In this document: positions 58,162-64,000 of the stretch, in pieces
Layout: each line of letters opens with the position of its first letter
How positions within the stretch are numbered: position 1 is the stretch's first letter
Source: a virus
DNA: 64,000 bases
Strand: one strand, 5' to 3'
Virus record (IMG/VR): IMGVR_UViG_3300031707_000006
Location: 1-64,000 of that record
The notes under the pieces: model-generated
Told to the model about the DNA's origin: nothing
Seen by the model: the letters and a program-made list of their open reading frames with translations, nothing else
Databases searched by the model: none
Program-made: the position numbers and the translations under genes

Positions 58162-59151
58162 ATGGAAGATAAACTAATTTATTTAACTTCGGATTTTGAG
58201 TTAGTTGAGGCGACTGCCGAGACTGAAGCTTCTGCATCTGCTATTTCTCTAAATCCATATGTATCTTGGGCTAAATTTGTCTTTACAGATGATTTACCCA
58301 ATGCTAACAATCAACGCATTCCAAAAGAAGAGTTTCCAAGCATAATTAAAACTGGTGTACATATGCCGATTAAAATGGCTATCGGGAAGATTAACGAAGA
58401 TCATTCTTTAGCTATTCCATTAGGCACAATCGCACAACTAAAAGTAGAAGGAAATAAAGTCCTTGGTCTTGCTGCACTTTGGATGAAAGAAAGACCAGAA
58501 GATGTTGAAATGCTTAAAAATAAAGAATCCAAACCACAATTATCGTGGGAGGTTCTTTATTCAGGCGCTGAGAAAGATGACGCTGGTATTGAAACATTAT
58601 CTGGAGTGGTAGTAAGAGCATCTACGATAGTTGGCTTGCCTGCTTATAGAGGCAGAACACCCTTTTTAGCCTTTGCTTCGGAAGATGCGGAGGAAAATAA
58701 AGTGACAATGGAAGAGTTATTGGCTAAAATAGCCGATCTTGAAAATACAATTAAACAACTACAGGCATCTATCGTTGAGAAAGACTCAGCACTTGCGGAA
58801 AAAGAAACTGCTTTATCTTCACAGATTGATGAACTAACTCAGTTAAAATCATATAAAGAAGAAAAAGAAAAGAAAGAGCAAGAAGAAGTAAAGATGGTTG
58901 CAATTAGAACCAAATTTGCGGATGCTGGTATTGAAAAAGACGAAACATACTTTACAGAAAGACGTGAAAATTTCTTAAAACTAGAAGATTCAGAAATTGA
59001 ATTTATGGTTCAGGAATTGGTTGCTTTTAAACCAGCAATAGCTGGAGAAAGTTCTGCTAAAGTACCTAATCTAACATCTGTTGCTCAGATTCCAAGTGAT
59101 CCTAGAGAACTTGGTAAACTATTAAGAGAACAAGTTAGTATCAAATCATAA
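58162..59151 (+). CDS. Prohead protease/scaffold fusion
   Basis: NANNQ, H, LSWEV, VGLPAY; coiled-coil C-terminal half. Confidence 0.72.
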   Translation: MEDKLIYLTSDFELVEATAETEASASAISLNPYVSWAKFVFTDDLPNANNQRIPKEEFPSIIKTGVHMPIKMAIGKINEDHSLAIPLGTIAQLKVEGNKVLGLAALWMKERPEDVEMLKNKESKPQLSWEVLYSGAEKDDAGIETLSGVVVRASTIVGLPAYRGRTPFLAFASEDAEENKVTMEELLAKIADLENTIKQLQASIVEKDSALAEKETALSSQIDELTQLKSYKEEKEKKEQEEVKMVAIRTKFADAGIEKDETYFTERRENFLKLEDSEIEFMVQELVAFKPAIAGESSAKVPNLTSVAQIPSDPRELGKLLREQVSIKS

Positions 59152-59165
59152 CGGAGATAAGAAAC

Positions 59166-59744
59166 ATGGAAATAAATGTTTATGGGGACACAATTCTACC
59201 CGCTGTAGCGGCAGAAACGTTATACGAAGGTAGAATGGCTCGCCTATGCACACATTCCACTGATTATGATTTTGGAAGTTTACTAGATCTCCCTGGGGCC
59301 GAACTACCTGACAATGCTGCGGAAGCACTTACTGCCAGATATGTTATTGCCTGGGCGGAAGATAATCGTAGCCTTCCAATTTATACTCCACAACCTCACT
59401 ATGATTGGGCATTACGTGAAGGTTGGGATCAGACTGAGAATGTACCCTTCGATGCAACTGTATGGTTAGACCATCCAGCTAATATGTACACACCTCCAAG
59501 CATTGCTTCTGGTACTGGTGTTAGACTATTAGGCGAAGGTATCTATACAATTCCATCTGGCGTTTATATGTATAACGTTTTGATGGAAACCCCCGGTACA
59601 CAACTGACTGTTGCCAGTACAGATGTGAACGGTGCAGGTAACGCCGGTAAACTAAAATATTTAGATGGAACTACAGGAATTGTAGCTGAAGTTTATAAAT
59701 ATAATAGTACTAACGGTGATTTAACCTTTAAGATCTTACACTAA
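59166..59744 (+). CDS. Head decoration / capsid-associated protein
   Basis: Between scaffold and MCP; Gly/Thr-rich beta composition. Confidence 0.5.
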   Translation: MEINVYGDTILPAVAAETLYEGRMARLCTHSTDYDFGSLLDLPGAELPDNAAEALTARYVIAWAEDNRSLPIYTPQPHYDWALREGWDQTENVPFDATVWLDHPANMYTPPSIASGTGVRLLGEGIYTIPSGVYMYNVLMETPGTQLTVASTDVNGAGNAGKLKYLDGTTGIVAEVYKYNSTNGDLTFKILH

Positions 59745-59745
59745 A

Positions 59746-60678
59746 ATGGAGGCTAATATGGTAGATCAAAAACAACTTTACGAAGCTGCTGCCTCCTTGA
59801 TGAAAGATAAGGCAAAAAGAGAAGCATTTGCTGCAATGTTGGTAGAATTTGTACAGCCCAATCACATTGTACCAGATTTTGTCAGTATGCTTCTAGATAC
59901 GAGAGCATTACAACCCGGTGACTCTCTAGTCAAGAAATTACGCACAGGCATTACCGTTAGAACGCTAGTCCCTGGCACTATTCCACTAGCTAGTGAAGTA
60001 GTCGTGCGCGATAGAATGAACTATGTGCTTGATCAAGCAGTAGTTAAAATTAGAGCCTCACAGTGGGATCTAGATAATGGTGATATTGGTACAGTAGCCA
60101 GCCTCAGAGCTGAGATGATGGCTAAACTAAGAGACTATTATCAGAACAAAGTTTTTTCTGCACTAGGTTCTGTATGGAGTGCAGTTAATACTCCTCTCAA
60201 CTATATTAGTGTTGGCGGGCCTATTACTGCTACCGTACTAAAAGCCGGTATTGACTACATCACAAGAATTTGTGGTGGAGTTAAAGCAGTGGTTGGTGTC
60301 AAAGCGGTAATGAACCCTATTACTGAATTTGGTGCTTTCTGGACTGATCCTAGTTCTGGTGCAACTGGTGTTAGTGATCCCGCCCTCGAAGAGATTAGAA
60401 CTTCAGGGAAATTAGGTGTATTCTACGGTGCTCCTTTGGTTGGTCTTGAGCAAGTATGGGATAACCCAACGGATTATAATACTCTATTACCAGAAACTAA
60501 GATTGTGATCATTGGTAAGAATGTCGGTGACTTTATTACCTTTGGGCCAGAGAAATCTCAGGAATATACAGATATGAGATTAGTTCCCCCAGATTGGTTC
60601 TTAGCTATTTATCAACAATTCGGTTTATTAATTTGGCGTGCCGAAGGCATTTATGTGATCGATAACGTTACTAGTTAA
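59746..60678 (+). CDS. Major capsid protein
   Basis: 310 aa, position in the head module, biased codon use, GKLGVFYGAPL, followed by a terminator. Confidence 0.72.
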   Translation: MEANMVDQKQLYEAAASLMKDKAKREAFAAMLVEFVQPNHIVPDFVSMLLDTRALQPGDSLVKKLRTGITVRTLVPGTIPLASEVVVRDRMNYVLDQAVVKIRASQWDLDNGDIGTVASLRAEMMAKLRDYYQNKVFSALGSVWSAVNTPLNYISVGGPITATVLKAGIDYITRICGGVKAVVGVKAVMNPITEFGAFWTDPSSGATGVSDPALEEIRTSGKLGVFYGAPLVGLEQVWDNPTDYNTLLPETKIVIIGKNVGDFITFGPEKSQEYTDMRLVPPDWFLAIYQQFGLLIWRAEGIYVIDNVTS

Positions 60679-60688
60679 CATATAAATA

Positions 60689-60724
60689 AAGGGGTTATAT
60701 GATAATACTATAACCCCTTATTTA
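60689..60724 (+). terminator. Intrinsic terminator after the MCP gene
   Basis: AAGGGGTTATA/TATAACCCCTT stem plus ATTT. Confidence 0.75.
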
Positions 60725-60740
60725 CATTTAGGAGAATAAT

Positions 60741-61031
60741 ATGGCTTTAGCACAATACTTATCATTTCTTCCCTACGTAGTTGTATCTAAGCCTTGGACT
60801 ACGGCTCAAGCTGCTATAGACGACTTTAATACTCAATGGAAAATCGAATTCCCTGTTGGTATGGCCTTCTACATTACTGGTTGGGAGGGGCCAAGTGACC
60901 CAGATGACTATGGGTATTTAGCCATAGAGGATGGGGTTGCCACCTTTGGTGCAGATTTTATCACCTCACCTCCAGTTGGTACTGTGGTATTCATAGTAGA
61001 TTTTGATGCTTATGCAGATCGTTGGGAGTAA
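60741..61031 (+). CDS. Hypothetical (virion-associated?) protein
   Basis: AGGAG RBS; structural block. Confidence 0.6.
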   Translation: MALAQYLSFLPYVVVSKPWTTAQAAIDDFNTQWKIEFPVGMAFYITGWEGPSDPDDYGYLAIEDGVATFGADFITSPPVGTVVFIVDFDAYADRWE

Positions 61032-61090
61032 ATTTTTATTTTATATAATAAGTTAAATTAGGTTAGGATAATAAAAGGAATGGAGAAAAA

Positions 61091-61618
61091 ATGAGTGAAT
61101 TTAATAAAGAACTTTATGCTGCTGTACAATTAGAGAAACCTTATAAGTCCTATATTAAAACAATATTAGGTCAGATATACATTACGATTTTAAACCCCTT
61201 CAATGAGGAGGAGATTACGGGGTTAATCTTAAAGGGGAATCAAAGAAGAGAAAAAGATAAAGAAGCTTGTATTATAGATGTTTGGTCTGAAGTACAGGAT
61301 CGTTTCTTTAAAAAAATGAATAAAAGGCACTTTGAGAATAGAAGATTAATTCCTTATCAAAGAACAGAAACAGAGCAAATCGTAGAGAGAACCTTTGCTG
61401 ACTATTCCGATATCGAACTTTTAGCAATATTCAAACAACCTTTTGCTCAATTTCAAAAGACAATTAATCAAATTGAATTGCCTGCGGTATTAGCAGCAAT
61501 GATTGAACTAGCAGAGAATGAAGGTAAGATCTCTAAACGCATATTTACAGTATTAGAGAGTAAATTATCTGAACTGCAAAAAGCAACTTACACGACTCCT
61601 GATCTGGAACAAGATTAG
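61091..61618 (+). CDS. Hypothetical protein
   Basis: GGAG RBS; 175 aa. Confidence 0.65.
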   Translation: MSEFNKELYAAVQLEKPYKSYIKTILGQIYITILNPFNEEEITGLILKGNQRREKDKEACIIDVWSEVQDRFFKKMNKRHFENRRLIPYQRTETEQIVERTFADYSDIELLAIFKQPFAQFQKTINQIELPAVLAAMIELAENEGKISKRIFTVLESKLSELQKATYTTPDLEQD

Positions 61619-61774
61619 GAGTTAACTATGAAAAAACTCTTGTGGAATTTATCTGTAAGATTTAATGACTGGTTTAGAGTTTTTTATAGAAAAATTAAAC
61701 CAGCAAAAAAGAATCATACATTATCCATTGATAATCTAGAGATAGATATTAATATGATACTTGGGAGATAATTT

Positions 61775-62143
61775 ATGGCAAAATTAGTCCATAATGATGT
61801 TTTAGATGGTGCTCTTAATATTATTAAAGCTAACTGTAATATCATGACGGTTTGTAATGCACAACCTACTACTAGAGATGAAGCAATCACTACTTATAAG
61901 TTAGCGGATGTCGCAATGGCGACTGGTGATTTTACTCTTAGTGTTGGCGATACAAATGGTAGAAAAATGGCAGTAGCACAAAAAGCTGCTGTAGCAGTTG
62001 ATTCAGGTGGAACAGCAAATCATGTTGCGCTTTGTGATGCTACTAGATTATTGGCAGTAACTACTTGTACTTCACAGGTATTAACAGCAGGAAATACTGT
62101 TACATTCCCAACTTGGGATCATGAAATTGCCGATCCCGTGTGA
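61775..62143 (+). CDS. Small virion structural protein
   Basis: Ala/Thr/Val-rich; GDTNGRK, TSQVLTAGNTV. Confidence 0.6.
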   Translation: MAKLVHNDVLDGALNIIKANCNIMTVCNAQPTTRDEAITTYKLADVAMATGDFTLSVGDTNGRKMAVAQKAAVAVDSGGTANHVALCDATRLLAVTTCTSQVLTAGNTVTFPTWDHEIADPV

Positions 62144-62149
62144 AATTCA

Positions 62150-62254
62150 ATGGAATATAAATCCTTAAATATTTCTGGTATATATCAAATAAGAAACACT
62201 AAAAATAATCATATCTATATTGGAAGTGCCAAGAATATACGTATTCGTTCGTGA
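62150..62254 (+). pseudogene. Truncated GIY-YIG endonuclease
   Basis: MEYKSLNISGIYQIRNTKNNHIYIGSAKNIRIRS-stop. Confidence 0.75.
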
Positions 62255-62330
62255 TTCAATGAAAATAGCACGTTCTATACGATTTTGGTCTACCAAAATG
62301 GTAGCCGATCCCACGTAAGGAGAATATAAA

Positions 62331-62759
62331 ATGGCAATTTATTCAGCAGCGCAAAGAACTTCAACTTTTACTATTAATGTTGGTTGTTGGGAATTACGTA
62401 CCACAGCAACTGACCGACCGCGTGTTATGGAGATGGGATTTTTCTCTGCCACTGCTACAGTACAAACTATTGGTATTGGCAGACCGGCAGCGATTGGTAT
62501 TACTCCAGCGGGTGGGGTCACTGTGCAAGCAGAAGACCCCGGTGATCCTGCCGGTACAGTAGTTACCGCGTTATCGTGGGCAACACCTCCTACCGCGCCA
62601 ACCGTGTTTCTGCGGCGTTATCCCCTGGCCGGGACTGTAGGAGTTGGGTTTATTGCTACCTTTCCCAATGGATTGGTAATTCCAATTTCCTATGGACTGG
62701 TATTCAACAATATTACCGTTTCAGTAGCAAGCGATGTTCACTGCGTCCTCGATGAGTGA
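62331..62759 (+). CDS. Virion structural protein (beta-rich), GC-richer module
   Basis: AAGGAG RBS; Thr/Ala/Gly-rich. Confidence 0.6.
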   Translation: MAIYSAAQRTSTFTINVGCWELRTTATDRPRVMEMGFFSATATVQTIGIGRPAAIGITPAGGVTVQAEDPGDPAGTVVTALSWATPPTAPTVFLRRYPLAGTVGVGFIATFPNGLVIPISYGLVFNNITVSVASDVHCVLDE

Positions 62760-62762
62760 TCC

Positions 62763-62978
62763 ATGCAATGGGATAACGATAAGAAAAGCGCCCCGAAAGA
62801 ACTCGTGTGCGGGCACTGTATGCGTTTATTCCAGGTTGATGATTTGACTTGGAGCGCTGCGGAGCATCGTGTATGCCCATACTGTAAACGTACAGATGCG
62901 ATAACACCCATATTGGATGTTCGTATTGGTGCTAAACGCATGGTAAATTATTCTATTGCATATCATCCAAAGAGATAG
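62763..62978 (+). CDS. Small Zn-ribbon protein
   Basis: CGHC and CPYC. Confidence 0.5.
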   Translation: MQWDNDKKSAPKELVCGHCMRLFQVDDLTWSAAEHRVCPYCKRTDAITPILDVRIGAKRMVNYSIAYHPKR

Positions 62979-62981
62979 CAA

Positions 62982-63476
62982 ATGGCAACCTCACTCAATA
63001 GATTTTTTGATGGCGTACAAACTCATCCTGCGATGGGGTCAATGAGTTGGTTTAGCAATGTTTTATATCCTTTGGATAATGATGATCGCAGTCGCAGAGA
63101 TTTACGAGTAAGATCATTGTGGAAACGAAATCAACCTGCTCCTAAATGGCCTTGGAGCAGAAGTCAATTTCTGGCTGAATCGTCTGACTTTGGTGTTTGG
63201 CGTACTCAATGGTGGGGTAATGCGCGCTGGAGACATGGGGCAAACTCGCGTTTTCGCATCGATGGTATTACTCGTGATCCTTATGGTACACCTATGCCCG
63301 GATGTGTTGTATTGTGTTTAGGTCAAGTAGCAGGTGATATAGTTTATACAACAATTTCAGATGCGAATGGGGCATACAGTGTTTATACTCCTTATTATGG
63401 GGCAGCGAATATCGTTGTGAGCTATAAGGCTGTTCCAGATATTGCAGGGGCAGTGATTAATGTACAAGGAATTTAA
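62982..63476 (+). CDS. Structural protein with carboxypeptidase-regulatory/Ig-like C-terminus
   Basis: IDGITRDPYGTPMPGCVV...TISDANGAYSV. Confidence 0.55.
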   Translation: MATSLNRFFDGVQTHPAMGSMSWFSNVLYPLDNDDRSRRDLRVRSLWKRNQPAPKWPWSRSQFLAESSDFGVWRTQWWGNARWRHGANSRFRIDGITRDPYGTPMPGCVVLCLGQVAGDIVYTTISDANGAYSVYTPYYGAANIVVSYKAVPDIAGAVINVQGI

Positions 63477-63478
63477 TA

Positions 63479-64000
63479 GTGCCAGATGTTAAACTGTATT
63501 CCAGTCCTGCAATTCCGAATGAAATTCGGCAATATCGAGATACAGGTTGGATTTGGGATGTTACTTTACTTCGTGTATTAGGTAATAATGATGTAATAAT
63601 GATTCGTCGGATGTTTACTCCGATTATTCTAGAAACATCAATAAATCTTATTATTAGTGAATTACTATATTTCTACATTCTTGATCCAATAACTTTAATA
63701 CAACTACATAATTTAATAATTGATACATTAGATCACAGCGAAGTTTTAGATTCTATTCTACTTTCACAAATACATAGTCTTGTAGTAAATGAATTACTAG
63801 ATGCATTTTCTATAGATAACATTACTTTAACACAGTTATCTTTATTAATAATAAATGAACTTTTACATTCAGAAACTTTAGATAATTTAGTATTAACTCA
63901 AGCACATAGTTTACTTATTGCTGCATTAGATCATAGTGAAACATTAGATAATTTAACATTAACTCAAGTACATAATATTATTGTAAACGAACTTTTACAT
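63479..64000 (+). CDS. Partial fibre-like protein with 22-aa repeats
   Basis: GTG start; frame open to the window end; repeats such as LLIINELLHSETLDNLVLTQAH. Confidence 0.7.
   Translation, partial: MPDVKLYSSPAIPNEIRQYRDTGWIWDVTLLRVLGNNDVIMIRRMFTPIILETSINLIISELLYFYILDPITLIQLHNLIIDTLDHSEVLDSILLSQIHSLVVNELLDAFSIDNITLTQLSLLIINELLHSETLDNLVLTQAHSLLIAALDHSETLDNLTLTQVHNIIVNELLH

Noticed and set aside
19-62941. Many ORF-track entries antisense to or overlapping real genes (e.g. 19..228, 449..727, 9219..9536, 19479..20033, 21956..22315, 33971..34339, 45830..46090)
   Set aside because: They are shadow frames of motif-bearing genes, lack RBSs and break the block-wise strand organisation
1-64000. CRISPR array, integrase/att site, reverse transcriptase/DGR
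   Set aside because: No regularly spaced repeats and no recombinase or RT motifs seen; the 51-bp repeat is exact, with no adenine-specific variation

Overview
This window is a 64-kb piece of a large, AT-rich tailed dsDNA phage (Caudoviricetes) read in the standard genetic code. No integrase, CRISPR array or rRNA is visible. It has four transcription blocks. (1) 1-1.7 kb, leftward: a sigma/HTH-like regulator. (2) 1.9-16.9 kb, rightward: an early-type region of many small genes, including an M28 peptidase, DUF932, an interrupted phosphoesterase, a RuvB-like ATPase, a Pol-beta nucleotidyltransferase and micro membrane peptides. It is punctuated by a family of long stem-loops and a repeated promoter-like motif. 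(3) 17-41 kb, leftward: nucleotide metabolism and replication, including class II RNR, RNA ligase, two DNA methyltransferases, dUTPase, primase, deaminase, a tRNA/ncRNA cluster, exonuclease, resolvase, DnaB, SSB, RecA and PolA. (4) 41.2-64 kb, rightward: a late block in which an ~11-kb sugar-biosynthesis/glycosyltransferase island sits between a putative TerS and TerL, followed by portal, protease/scaffold, capsid and other structural genes. Inteins interrupt the methyltransferase, PolA and TerL. The most notable signals are the glycan island in the packaging operon, RNase III-like processing stems with a conserved internal loop, a palindromic face-to-face promoter/RBS cassette at the replication/late junction, an ECF-like promoter motif, an unknown pseudoknotted RNA in the tRNA operon, and an 8-nt interruption in the phosphoesterase. 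All functional calls come from motif recognition by eye; no searches were run.
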